A stretch of 64,000 nucleotides of DNA from an uncultured Pelagibacteraceae bacterium (GTDB taxonomy: Bacteria > Pseudomonadota > Alphaproteobacteria > Pelagibacterales > Pelagibacteraceae): the NCBI GenBank assembly GCA_902612065.1, contig CACMBY010000007.1:5951-69950 (forward strand), read 5' to 3'. Of the stretch, positions 49,570-59,585 are shown piece after piece. The position numbers were made by a program, and so were the translations under genes. The notes under the pieces are model-generated. The model worked only from the letters and a program-made list of their open reading frames with translations, did no database searches and was not told where the DNA came from. Numbering within the stretch: the stretch's first letter is position 1; every line of letters starts with the position of its first letter.

Positions 49570-50316
49570 TTAATTTTTTTTAATTTCACCCTCATCTGTA
49601 TGAATATGGTCGTGGTTATGTTCATATCTTGACAATATTTGCGAAGCTTGTTCACCGAATAAAGCTTTATACTCATTGTTTTTCGCAACATCTAATGGAG
49701 ATCCTGAGCAACAGACATGGCCGTTTAAACAAACAACATGGTCTGTTGCACTCATCACAGTATGTAAATCATGAGAAATTAATAGAATGCCACAATCCAA
49801 TTCATCAGAAATTTTCTTAATTAGTTCATATAAAGCAATTTCACCAGTAAAATCTACTCCTTGCACTGGTTCATCAAGCACTAATAGATCAGGTTTTTTT
49901 GATATAGCTCTAGCGAGCAGCACTCTTTGAAATTCACCACCAGATAAATCTCCTAAATTTTTATCTTTTAAATGAATTACACCGGTTAAAGACAAAGCTT
50001 CATCTATTATTTCATTATTTAGATTTTCAGTTAATACCATGAAATCACTTACCCTTAGCGGTAAAGTCCAATCAATGGAGATTTTCTGTGGAACATATCC
50101 AACTTTATTGGTGTATTTTTCAACTGAACCATCAATCTTTTTGTAAATACCTAAAGCAATTTTAGCTGTTGTGCTTTTTCCTGATCCATTTGGACCTATA
50201 AGAGTAACTATTTTACCTTTTTCAACTTGTAGTGAGACTCCTTTGACTAACCATTTGTTGTTCAACTGTAAACCAGCATCGTTTAATTTTACCAATATAT
50301 TTTGATCAGTACTCAT
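49570..50316 (-). CDS. znuC: Zinc ABC ATPase
   Basis: GPNGSGKST, LSGGEFQR, HVCCSG, His-rich tail. Confidence 0.92.
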   Translation of the reverse strand: MSTDQNILVKLNDAGLQLNNKWLVKGVSLQVEKGKIVTLIGPNGSGKSTTAKIALGIYKKIDGSVEKYTNKVGYVPQKISIDWTLPLRVSDFMVLTENLNNEIIDEALSLTGVIHLKDKNLGDLSGGEFQRVLLARAISKKPDLLVLDEPVQGVDFTGEIALYELIKKISDELDCGILLISHDLHTVMSATDHVVCLNGHVCCSGSPLDVAKNNEYKALFGEQASQILSRYEHNHDHIHTDEGEIKKN

Positions 50317-50336
50317 TTTATTTCTTGACTAATAAG

Positions 50337-50369
50337 TGTTATATTATTACATAGTGTTATATTATAACA
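50337..50369. promoter_or_regulatory. Two tandem Zur boxes
   Basis: TGTTATATTATTACA (50337-51) and the palindrome TGTTATATTATAACA (50355-69) in the znuC/znuA gap. Confidence 0.85.
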
Positions 50370-50387
50370 ATCTTAATAAATAAAACT

Positions 50388-51440
50388 ATGAAAACAATAA
50401 AAAAACTACCCTTAATATTATCATTATTATCATTACTAACAATTTTTACGCCTGCTAATGCTGAAATAAAAGTAGTAGCAACAATTAAACCAATTCATTC
50501 TCTTGCAAGTTATCTAATGGATGGTGTTGGTAAACCAGATTTAATCGTTGATGGTTATGCTTCACCACATGGATTTGCTCTTAAACCATCACATGCAAAA
50601 ATGATTCAAAATGCAGATATTATATTTTGGGTAGGAGAGGACATAGAAAGTTTCTTAGAAAAACCATTAAAAACTATTGCAAAAAAAGCTGAAAAAATTG
50701 AATTAATGGAAATTAAAGGTTTAACTAAACTTAAATTTAGAGAAAGAAATATTTTTGAAGAGCATGATCATGGTCATAAAGAAGACGATCATGATGATCA
50801 TGCAAAAAAAGAGGATGATCATGACGATCACGATCATGATAAAAAGGAAAAAGAACATGGTCATGATGAACACGGACATGACGATGAGCATAAAAAAGAT
50901 GGTCACGATGAGCATGGTCATGAAGGACATGCACATGGCGAATTTGATCCACATATCTGGTTAGATCCTATGAATGCAAAAGTAATTTTAAGCGAGATGG
51001 CTGAGCACTTAATCGAAAATGATCAAAAAAATGAGGCTAAATATAAAGCAAATTTAAAAAAAGCTCATAATGATTTAGATAAACTTACAAAAAAAGTTAA
51101 GTCTGAATTAAATAAAGATTTTAAATCAGTAGTCTTCCATGACGCCTATCAATACTTTGAAAAAAGATTTGGGATAAATATTCTTGGAGCATTTACAGTA
51201 AATACAGACGTTATGCCGGGTGCTGAGCAATTAGCTGAAATCAGAGAGGTAATTGAGCATGATAAAGTTAGTTGTATATTTTCAGAGCCTCAATTTAATC
51301 CTGATATTATTAAAGCTGTAGCAAAAGATACTAATGTTGCAACAGGTGTAATTGATCCATTAGGAGCTACACTTGATCCAGGTAAGGATTTGTATTTTGA
51401 TTTAATAGGTAATATGTCAAAATCTTTCAAAGGTTGTTAA
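50388..51440 (+). CDS. znuA: Zinc ABC substrate-binding protein with a His/Asp-rich loop
   Basis: SPH, DPHIWL, FHDAY; low-complexity H/D/E loop. Confidence 0.93.
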   Translation: MKTIKKLPLILSLLSLLTIFTPANAEIKVVATIKPIHSLASYLMDGVGKPDLIVDGYASPHGFALKPSHAKMIQNADIIFWVGEDIESFLEKPLKTIAKKAEKIELMEIKGLTKLKFRERNIFEEHDHGHKEDDHDDHAKKEDDHDDHDHDKKEKEHGHDEHGHDDEHKKDGHDEHGHEGHAHGEFDPHIWLDPMNAKVILSEMAEHLIENDQKNEAKYKANLKKAHNDLDKLTKKVKSELNKDFKSVVFHDAYQYFEKRFGINILGAFTVNTDVMPGAEQLAEIREVIEHDKVSCIFSEPQFNPDIIKAVAKDTNVATGVIDPLGATLDPGKDLYFDLIGNMSKSFKGC

Positions 51441-51482
51441 TTAGAAATTGATCTTTAGTTATAAATAATATCTAATAATGGG

Positions 51483-52481
51483 ATGAGTACAGTTTCCCTG
51501 ACATTAGATGAAATTTTTGATTTAGCTAAAAAAACTTTACTAGCTAATGGTTGTGATGATGAAACAGCTTCTATTCTGTCTGACCTGATTAGAAATGCCG
51601 AAAGGGATGGATCTTTATCACATGGTTTGTTTAGATTACCTGCATATGTGAGTGGTTTAAAAAGCGGAAAAATTAATGGTAAAGGAAAGCCTGAAATTAA
51701 AAAAATTTCTTCATCAGTTATAAAAGTTCAAGGGAATAATTGTTTAGCGCCAGTAGTTTTAAATAAAGGGTTGCCTGAATTAGCTAAAGCTGCAAAAGAA
51801 AATGGTGTAGCAGTGCTTGCAATAAATAATTCTCATCACATGGCAGCGATGTGGCCCGAAACAGAAAAGTTAGCAGAAGAAGGTTTAGTTGCTTTTGCAT
51901 GCACATCATACAAACCTGCTGTAGCACCTGCTGGTGCAATCAAACCATTGTTTGGAACAAATCCGATTTCATTTGCTTGGCCGCGACCTGGTAAAACTCC
52001 AGTCGTTTATGATATGGCCACAGCATCAATGGCAATGGGAGAAGTCCAAGTCGCTAAAAGAGAAGGGCACAAAGTTCCACTTGGAACTGGTTTAACTAAA
52101 GATGGTAAAGAGACTACTGATCCAGGCGCAATTGCAGATGGTGGTGTATTACTTCCTTTTGGTGGTTACAAAGGTTCAGCAATAGCAATGATGGTTGAGT
52201 TAATGGCTGGTGCTTTGGTTGGTGATAATTTTAGTTTTGAAACAGCAGCCAAAGATAATAACGATGGTGGACCACCAAGTGGGGGAGAATTTATCATTGC
52301 AATTTCACCTGACAAAACTTCAGGAACAAATTGGCAAAAACATGCAGATGAGTTTTTTGATAAAATGAAATCTTTTGATGGGGTTAGACTTCCAGGTGAA
52401 AGAAGACACAAAAATAGATTAGATAAAGGCCCTCGAAATATTAATGAAGACTTGGTTAATAAAATAAAATCTCTAAGCTAA
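51483..52481 (+). CDS. Ldh_2-family NAD(P)H oxidoreductase (DpkA/ComC-like; substrate unknown)
   Basis: SHGL.RL, SHHMAAMWP, FGTNPI, GGYKG, RLPG. Confidence 0.85.
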   Translation: MSTVSLTLDEIFDLAKKTLLANGCDDETASILSDLIRNAERDGSLSHGLFRLPAYVSGLKSGKINGKGKPEIKKISSSVIKVQGNNCLAPVVLNKGLPELAKAAKENGVAVLAINNSHHMAAMWPETEKLAEEGLVAFACTSYKPAVAPAGAIKPLFGTNPISFAWPRPGKTPVVYDMATASMAMGEVQVAKREGHKVPLGTGLTKDGKETTDPGAIADGGVLLPFGGYKGSAIAMMVELMAGALVGDNFSFETAAKDNNDGGPPSGGEFIIAISPDKTSGTNWQKHADEFFDKMKSFDGVRLPGERRHKNRLDKGPRNINEDLVNKIKSLS

Positions 52482-53249
52482 AGTTATTTCAATCGGTGTA
52501 TGATCTGAAGGTTTTTCACGACCTCTTGGATCTTTATTAATATTTATACCTTTAATTTGATCAATTAAAGAATTTGAAACTAAGAAGTGATCAATTCGCA
52601 TCCCATTATTTTTTTGCCAAGCACCTCTCATGTAGTCCCAAAAGGTATAACCTTCCTTAGTTTCATTAAAATGTCTATAGACATCACTAAAACCAAGGTT
52701 GATCATTTCTCTTAATTTTTTTCTTATTTCCAATCTAAACAGAGCATCATCCTCAAAACTTTTTGGATTATAAACATCTTCAGGTGCTGGAATAACGTTA
52801 AAATCTCCAGCAAGAATAATATTTGAATTTTTTTTACTTAAACTCTTTAATTGTTTAATTAAATCATCCAACCATTGTTTCTTATATTTATATTTATCCG
52901 TATCTACAGGATTTCCATTAGGTGTATAAATATTTATTAATTGAATATTTTTCTTCTTATACTCCAGTTCAGCTGAAATTATTCTTGATTGCTTTAGTTT
53001 ATCTTTGATTAAGTCAGTTTTAATATTTTTTAATTTACCTTTAGATATAATCGCAACCCCATTATAACTTTTTTGGCCAAATACGTGACTTTCATAATCC
53101 ATTGCTGAAAAATCATCATAGGGAAAATTTACATCCTCTGTTTTGATTTCCTGCATCATTAGGATATCTGGTTTATATTTTAAGAGATAACTTTTGATAT
53201 TATCTATACGAGCTCTCACAGAATTTACATTCCATGAAGAAATAATCAT
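52473..53249 (-). CDS. xth: Exodeoxyribonuclease III
   Basis: SWNVNS, QEIK, YNGVAI, GDFN, SDHTP; likely start 53249. Confidence 0.93.
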   Translation of the reverse strand: MIISSWNVNSVRARIDNIKSYLLKYKPDILMMQEIKTEDVNFPYDDFSAMDYESHVFGQKSYNGVAIISKGKLKNIKTDLIKDKLKQSRIISAELEYKKKNIQLINIYTPNGNPVDTDKYKYKKQWLDDLIKQLKSLSKKNSNIILAGDFNVIPAPEDVYNPKSFEDDALFRLEIRKKLREMINLGFSDVYRHFNETKEGYTFWDYMRGAWQKNNGMRIDHFLVSNSLIDQIKGININKDPRGREKPSDHTPIEITLA

Positions 53250-53566
53250 TAAAGAGAAAAAGAAACACCACAACCACAAGATGACTTAGTTTGTGGATTT
53301 GTTATCTTAAATTGTTCACCAATTAATTCTGAAACATAATCAACTTCAGAGCCTTTTAATAAATCTGCTGAAGTTTTATCAATTAAAATATTTTCAAAGT
53401 TTAAATCATCTTTTGATTTTTCTTTATCAAAAGTGAATTCGTATTGAAATCCTGAGCAACCACCACCTTTAATAGCGATTCTAAAAAAAGACCCTTTATC
53501 TTTTTTAGACAGCAAAACATTGATCTGTTTTAGTGCTTTATCAGTAAATTTAATTTCTTTAATCAT
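53249..53566 (-). CDS. HesB/IscA/ErpA-family Fe-S carrier
   Basis: GGGCSGFQY, CGCGVSF. Confidence 0.92.
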   Translation of the reverse strand: MIKEIKFTDKALKQINVLLSKKDKGSFFRIAIKGGGCSGFQYEFTFDKEKSKDDLNFENILIDKTSADLLKGSEVDYVSELIGEQFKITNPQTKSSCGCGVSFSL

Positions 53567-53616
53567 AATTGATCACTGGTATTAGTAATATAATACTTAA
53601 TATTTTATTTTAAAGG

Positions 53617-54735
53617 ATGAAAAAATACTCAAAGATAGGTCAATTCAAAAGTAAAGGTAGGATATTTAAGGAATCTTTGTCAAAATATAGATCACCTTAT
53701 CAAAGAGATAGAGATCGTATTATTCACAGCGCTTCATTTAGAAGATTGAAACATAAAACACAGGTATTTGTTAATACTGAAGGGGATCATTATAGAACTC
53801 GAATTACTCATTCTATGGAGGTTGCTCAAATTGCAAGATCCATCGCTAGATATTTCAGTTTGAACGAGGACTTAGCAGAAACACTCAGTTTAGCGCACGA
53901 TTTGGGCCACACTCCTTTCGGTCATGCAGGTGAAGATGCTTTAAATGAATGTATGAGCACTCATGGAGGATTTGATCACAATTTACAAACATTAAGAATT
54001 GTTATGTTTTTAGAAAATAAGTATTTGAAATTTAGTGGCTTAAATCTCTCTATTGAAACATTAGAAGGACTTTTAAAACACAATGGTCCAGTTGAAGATT
54101 TTCATTTAGTTGATGAATTAATAGGTGTTAAAAAATTTAAAAACATGATTAATTTTAATACCTTTCCATCACTAGAGGCTCAAATTTCATCTATATCTGA
54201 TGATATTGCTTATAATAACCATGACATACAAGATGGTATTAAAGCAAACTTATTCAGATTAGAAGAGTTAGTAGAAATAGATTTTTTTAAAAATATTTAT
54301 AGAAAATATAAAAAAAAGATTAACAAAAAAAATTACAAGATTGCAACTTATCAGATTATAAGAGATTCAATTGACTTAATGATCAAAGATTTAATAAGTA
54401 ATACCATCAAAAATCTTAATCAAAATAAAATTAAAAGTAGAAATGATTTGAATAAAACTGATTTTCTTATGGTTGATTTCTCTGATAAAATTAAAAATTC
54501 TGATAATGAAATTAGGTATTTTTTAAGGTCCAAAATGTACAATAACAAGAATGTGCTAAATAAAAACAACAAAGGTAAATTAATAATTAAAAGATTGTTT
54601 GCCAAAATAAGTAAAAATCCGGCAAAATTTATTTCAAAAGAACATTTATCTAAAAACAAATATCGATCAGTTTCTGATTTTATTTCTGGTATGACTGACA
54701 GATATGCTATCAACCTTTATAACGATATCAAATGA
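53617..54735 (+). CDS. dgt: dGTP triphosphohydrolase
   Basis: FRRLKHKTQVF, HDLGHTPFGH.GE, GMTD. Confidence 0.93.
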   Translation: MKKYSKIGQFKSKGRIFKESLSKYRSPYQRDRDRIIHSASFRRLKHKTQVFVNTEGDHYRTRITHSMEVAQIARSIARYFSLNEDLAETLSLAHDLGHTPFGHAGEDALNECMSTHGGFDHNLQTLRIVMFLENKYLKFSGLNLSIETLEGLLKHNGPVEDFHLVDELIGVKKFKNMINFNTFPSLEAQISSISDDIAYNNHDIQDGIKANLFRLEELVEIDFFKNIYRKYKKKINKKNYKIATYQIIRDSIDLMIKDLISNTIKNLNQNKIKSRNDLNKTDFLMVDFSDKIKNSDNEIRYFLRSKMYNNKNVLNKNNKGKLIIKRLFAKISKNPAKFISKEHLSKNKYRSVSDFISGMTDRYAINLYNDIK

Positions 54736-56465
54736 ACATTTTTGATCAATACTTAGATAGAATAAAAAAGATTATTTTAGATTTATCGAAAAAGGGTAAA
54801 ATAATTTTGCCAGATAATTTAGATGGAATAAACACAGAAATTCCACCTGAGAAATTTAATTGTGACATTTCTACAAATGTTGCGATGGTTTTGTCAAAAA
54901 TAAATAAAAAACCTCCTTTAGAATTAGCTGAAATATTAGCAAAGAGTCTTGAAAATGAAGACAAGTCAATAAAAGAGGTATCAATCGTAAAACCCGGATT
55001 TATAAATATCAAATTTCAACCTGAGTTTTGGACAAATTTTTCAAAAGAAATCATTAAGAACGCTAAAACATTTGGAATAAATACAAACGAGCAAAAGAAA
55101 AATTATTTAATTGAATTTGTTTCTGCCAATCCAACAGGACCTTTACATGTGGGTCATTGCCGAGGTGCTATCTTAGGAGATGTAATTTCAAATGTTTTAT
55201 CATTTAATAATCATAAAGTTACTAAAGAATATTATGTAAATGACTATGGCAATCAGATAATTAATTTCACAAAATCAGTATATTTTAGAATAAGAGAAAT
55301 CAAATTTAATGAAACTTTTCCAACAGATAATGAGGATCTTTATCCTGGTGAATATTTGATTGAGTTTGCAAATAATATCATTTCTTCAAATCCAAAAATA
55401 GATTTTACTAATTACGATGCAATATCTGAACAACTAACGAATCTGTCTATAGACGAGGCAATAAAATTAATAAAAAAAAATCTTAGTAGCCTTGGTATAA
55501 TTCACGATAATTTCGTCAGTGAAAAAAAATTAGTGCTTAATCAAGAAGTTGAAAAAGTAGTAGAAAATCTTCAAAAAAATAAATTTGTTTATAAAGGTAA
55601 AATTAAAGCTCCAGCTGGTGAGGATGATAATAATTGGGTTGAAAGAGAACAATTACTTTTCAAATCAACTGACTTTGGTGATGACAAAGATAGAGCATTA
55701 CAAAAATCTGATGGTGCTTGGACTTATTTTGCTAGTGATGTTGCCTACCACAAAAATAAATTGGATAGAAAGTTTGATTACTTAATAAATATTTTAGGCG
55801 CGGATCATGCGGGTTATATTAAAAGAATTACATCCTCTGTCGATGCTTTGTCGAACTCTAAAGGAAAACTTATTTGTAAAGTTAGTCAACTTGTAAAACT
55901 TATAAAGGATAAAAAACCATTCAAAATGTCAAAACGTAAAGGAGATTATATAACTGTCGATGATTTAATTAATGAAGTTGGAAAAGATGCTACACGATTC
56001 ATTATGTTAAATAGAAGTAATGATGTCGAACTTGATTTTGATTTTGATAATGTAATTGAAAAATCAAAAGACAATCCTTTGTATTATGTACAATATTGTT
56101 ATGCTCGAATTTCATCTGTTTTTAGACATTTGGAAATAGATTTAAAAAAAGATTTAAAGATCGACGAATACAATTTTGAATATTCTGACCATGAAATAAT
56201 CATCTTAAAAAAAATATCCGAGTGGCCAAAGTGCATCGAAATATCAAGCAAGAAGCTAGAGCCACATAGAATTCCAGTTTATCTTTATGAACTAGCCTCT
56301 CTCTTTCATTCTTACTGGAACTTGGGAAAAGATAATCCTGAAAAAAGATTTATAAATGAGAATAAGAAGATATCGAATGACAAGTTAGTTTTATTAAAAC
56401 TTATTTCAAATGTTGTTAAATCTGGGATGAATATTGTAGGTGTGTCTGCTCCTGAGAAAATGTAA
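54732..56465 (+). CDS. argS: Arginyl-tRNA synthetase
   Basis: SANPTGPLHVGH, GADH, KMSKR. Confidence 0.96.
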   Translation: MNIFDQYLDRIKKIILDLSKKGKIILPDNLDGINTEIPPEKFNCDISTNVAMVLSKINKKPPLELAEILAKSLENEDKSIKEVSIVKPGFINIKFQPEFWTNFSKEIIKNAKTFGINTNEQKKNYLIEFVSANPTGPLHVGHCRGAILGDVISNVLSFNNHKVTKEYYVNDYGNQIINFTKSVYFRIREIKFNETFPTDNEDLYPGEYLIEFANNIISSNPKIDFTNYDAISEQLTNLSIDEAIKLIKKNLSSLGIIHDNFVSEKKLVLNQEVEKVVENLQKNKFVYKGKIKAPAGEDDNNWVEREQLLFKSTDFGDDKDRALQKSDGAWTYFASDVAYHKNKLDRKFDYLINILGADHAGYIKRITSSVDALSNSKGKLICKVSQLVKLIKDKKPFKMSKRKGDYITVDDLINEVGKDATRFIMLNRSNDVELDFDFDNVIEKSKDNPLYYVQYCYARISSVFRHLEIDLKKDLKIDEYNFEYSDHEIIILKKISEWPKCIEISSKKLEPHRIPVYLYELASLFHSYWNLGKDNPEKRFINENKKISNDKLVLLKLISNVVKSGMNIVGVSAPEKM

Positions 56466-56728
56466 TGTTTAAAGAAATCAAATATATTATTTTTGTTTTT
56501 ATTATAGGTCTTTTTATTTTTTTTACAGCAAAATATTATTTTTCTGATGCTTATAAAAAAAAATCTTATAGATCACTCAACAATATCGAGAACAAGATAA
56601 ATACTTACTCAGAAAAATTACCAATTTTAGAAGATGATACGAAAGATATTATTGAATACGTTGAGCAAACAACCAATAAAAAAAAGAAAAAATTTAATTT
56701 TTGGAAATTATTAGAAAATAATGAATAA
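56465..56728 (+). CDS. Small single-pass membrane protein (possible reduced FtsN-like)
   Basis: 87 aa with N-terminal TM; coupled to argS and nagZ. Confidence 0.7.
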   Translation: MFKEIKYIIFVFIIGLFIFFTAKYYFSDAYKKKSYRSLNNIENKINTYSEKLPILEDDTKDIIEYVEQTTNKKKKKFNFWKLLENNE

Positions 56729-57668
56729 ACGTCGATCTTTTATTGTTGGTATCAAATCAACAAAACTTTCAGCAAAAGAAAAATCTTTTTTTAAAAAATA
56801 TAAACCTTGGGGAGTTATCTTATTTACAAGAAACATTAAAAATATAGATCAAACAATAAAACTCACCACGTCAATAAGAAAATTATTCAAAGATAAAAAA
56901 TATCCCATTTTAATTGATCAAGAAGGGGGTAAAGTTAATCGGTTAAAAAATATTATATCATTCGATAATTTGACTTCAGAATTTTTTGGAAAAAAATACG
57001 TTAAAAATGTAGATGAATTTAAATTTTATTATAAATTATTTATTGATAAAACTTCATATTTATTAAAATCTCTTGGTATTAACATTAATACTTCCCCGGT
57101 CTTAGATTTAAGAATTAAAGGTGCATCGAATGTCATAGGGAATAGATCTTTTTCCAAAAATCCCAAAATTGTATCTAAAATAGGAGATTATTGTATCAAT
57201 TATTTCCATCAAAATGGTATCGGAACAGTCATAAAGCATATTCCAGGACATGGTCTCGCAAAAGTAGATAGTCACCATTTTACTCCGATGGTAAATAAAA
57301 AATTGAGTTATTTAATCAAGAAAGATTTTCTTCCATTTAAAAATAAAAAAACTTTTTTTGCTATGACCGCTCACATAATTTTTACTCAAATTGATAAAGA
57401 AAATTGTGTTACTCACTCAAAAAAATTTATTAAATTAATTCGCAATAAAATTGGTTTTAAAGATATTTTGATTTCTGATGATTTATCCATGAAAAGTCTT
57501 AAGGGTAATTTAAAAGAAAATACAATCAAAACGTTTAGTGCAGGTTGTAATTTAGCCTTACATTGTAATGGAAATTTGAATGAAATGAAAATTGTAGGAA
57601 ATAATTCACCATTGATAAATCCTTTTCTCATAAAAAAAACATCACAATTTTACAAAATTTTAAGTTAA
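56721..57668 (+). CDS. nagZ: Beta-N-acetylhexosaminidase (GH3)
   Basis: DQEGG, KHIPGHG...DSH, SDDLSM. Confidence 0.92.
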   Translation: MNKRRSFIVGIKSTKLSAKEKSFFKKYKPWGVILFTRNIKNIDQTIKLTTSIRKLFKDKKYPILIDQEGGKVNRLKNIISFDNLTSEFFGKKYVKNVDEFKFYYKLFIDKTSYLLKSLGININTSPVLDLRIKGASNVIGNRSFSKNPKIVSKIGDYCINYFHQNGIGTVIKHIPGHGLAKVDSHHFTPMVNKKLSYLIKKDFLPFKNKKTFFAMTAHIIFTQIDKENCVTHSKKFIKLIRNKIGFKDILISDDLSMKSLKGNLKENTIKTFSAGCNLALHCNGNLNEMKIVGNNSPLINPFLIKKTSQFYKILS

Positions 57669-57677
57669 TATTGATTA

Positions 57678-58418
57678 ATGATTGAAAATGATTCTGAACT
57701 TTTTAAAGTAGATGTTGAAAATTATAATGGCCCATTAGATGTCCTTTTAGATCTCGCAAAAGCTCAAAAAGTTAATCTTGAGGATATATCCATTACAAAA
57801 TTAGCAGATCAGTTTCATGATTTTATTACTCAAGAAAAAAAATTAAATTTAGAAATTGCTTCAGAATACTTATTAATGGCAACATGGTTAGCATATTTAA
57901 AATCAAAATTACTATTACCAGGCACCCCTGAAGAAGAGTTTAAAGTTCAAGAAGTAGCTGAAAAATTAAAACTTCAACTTAAGAAACTTGAATTAATAAG
58001 GTTATTATCTGAACAGATGCTTAAAAGAAAAAGATTAGGAAGAGAAATAAGAACTAGGGGTATGAGAGCAGGCATAAGGCCCATCTACAATAGTGAATAT
58101 AAATTAAATTTATTTGACCTCATGAAAACCTATTCTACTATAATTATGACTAAAGATTTTCAGAGAATTAATATTCCAAAGTTACCAGTTTTTACAACAG
58201 AAGAAGGTATAAAAACTATAAAAGATTTTTTTGGAAAATTAATGGATTGGAAAAAATTAGATGATTTAATACCGAAAAATTTTAAAAGTGACTCAAAGTA
58301 CAAACGAACAGGTAAAGCAGGAATATTTGCTGGCTCTCTTGAGTTGGTCAAGGAGGGCAACCTAAGCATAAAGCAAGAAAACCTTTTTGATGATATTTAT
58401 ATAAAAGAAAACAAATGA
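57678..58418 (+). CDS. scpA: Segregation/condensation protein A
   Basis: GPLDVLL, EYLLMA.WLAYLKS.LLLP, LELVKEG. Confidence 0.92.
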   Translation: MIENDSELFKVDVENYNGPLDVLLDLAKAQKVNLEDISITKLADQFHDFITQEKKLNLEIASEYLLMATWLAYLKSKLLLPGTPEEEFKVQEVAEKLKLQLKKLELIRLLSEQMLKRKRLGREIRTRGMRAGIRPIYNSEYKLNLFDLMKTYSTIIMTKDFQRINIPKLPVFTTEEGIKTIKDFFGKLMDWKKLDDLIPKNFKSDSKYKRTGKAGIFAGSLELVKEGNLSIKQENLFDDIYIKENK

Positions 58419-59116
58419 TAAAAAAAAAGATTAAAAAAAAAGATAATATTATTAATTTTCCAACTAAATTATCTTCAATTGAAAAGGAAATTGAAGGGAT
58501 TGTTTTTGCTGCTGCTGAACCATTAGATATTGAAACTATTGAAAATAAGATATCTAAAAAAACAGATGTCGAAAAAATTTTGTTAAAATTACAAGCTGAA
58601 TATTCAAATCGAGGTATTAACTTAGTTTGTATTTCTAAAAAATGGTCCTTTAGAACCTCACCTAATCTTTCAAATTTAATGACCCAAGAAAAAACTGTTG
58701 AAAAAAAATTATCAAAAGCTGCAATAGAAACTCTTGCTATAATTGTTTATCATCAACCAGTTACTCGTGCAGAGATAGAAGAAATAAGAGGTGTAGCTTT
58801 TGGAACTAACACATTAGAAATTTTGATGGAATTAAATTGGGTTAAACCTGGTGGACGAAAAAATGTCCCTGGTCGACCTATTCAATATGTCACGACGGAT
58901 GATTTTTTAAGCCATTTTAACTTGCAAAAATTATCTGATTTACCAACAGTAGATGAACTTGGAGCTGCAGGTTTAATTGATAGTACTAATATTGATAACG
59001 CTATTTTTGGCACTGGAAAATTCTATAAAGAAAAACAAGATGATAAAAAAGAGGACATTTATTCAAATATTGATGAAATGTTAAGTAGCACTCTTGACTC
59101 GGATGAGAAGAGCTAG
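58415..59116 (+). CDS. scpB: Segregation/condensation protein B
   Basis: LSKAAIETLAII.YHQPVTRAEIE.IRGV, PGRP. Confidence 0.93.
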   Translation: MIKKKIKKKDNIINFPTKLSSIEKEIEGIVFAAAEPLDIETIENKISKKTDVEKILLKLQAEYSNRGINLVCISKKWSFRTSPNLSNLMTQEKTVEKKLSKAAIETLAIIVYHQPVTRAEIEEIRGVAFGTNTLEILMELNWVKPGGRKNVPGRPIQYVTTDDFLSHFNLQKLSDLPTVDELGAAGLIDSTNIDNAIFGTGKFYKEKQDDKKEDIYSNIDEMLSSTLDSDEKS

Positions 59117-59166
59117 GCCTACAAATTAGACTTTTCAATTATTGATAAAAAGGTTATAACTTTTCT

Positions 59167-59367
59167 ATGAGCATTGGAATTTGGCAAATAGCAATCGTTG
59201 TAATACTTGTGGTATTATTATTTGGTAGAGGAAAAATTTCTAGCCTTATGGGCGATGTAGCAAAAGGAATAAAAAGTTTTAAAAAGGGTATGGCATCAGA
59301 TGTGACTGATGACAATGAACCTAAAAATATTTCTGACGATAATCAAGATTCGAACAAAAAAGAATAA
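59167..59367 (+). CDS. tatA: Twin-arginine translocase TatA
   Basis: TM-FG hinge, amphipathic helix GIKSFKKG. Confidence 0.92.
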   Translation: MSIGIWQIAIVVILVVLLFGRGKISSLMGDVAKGIKSFKKGMASDVTDDNEPKNISDDNQDSNKKE

Positions 59368-59372
59368 ATCAC

Positions 59373-59585
59373 ATGCCTACTATTGGTTGGTTTGAGATTT
59401 TAATTATAGTTGCAATAGCTATTGTGGTTTTGGGACCTAAAGACTTTCCAATAATGCTCAAAAAAGTTGGTTCATGGATTGGCTCTGCAAAAAAATATGT
59501 CAATAATATTCAAAACGAAGTCTCAAATATTGATCTTGAAGATAATAAAATAGAAAAAAAAGAAGAAAAAAAAGATGAGTCATGA
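59373..59585 (+). CDS. tatB: Twin-arginine translocase TatB (short)
   Basis: IGWFE..I...IVVLGPKDFP. Confidence 0.88.
   Translation: MPTIGWFEILIIVAIAIVVLGPKDFPIMLKKVGSWIGSAKKYVNNIQNEVSNIDLEDNKIEKKEEKKDES

Noticed and set aside
50721-50964. Three alternative-frame ORFs over the znuA His loop
   Set aside because: Artefacts of CAT/GAT-rich low-complexity codons lacking stops.
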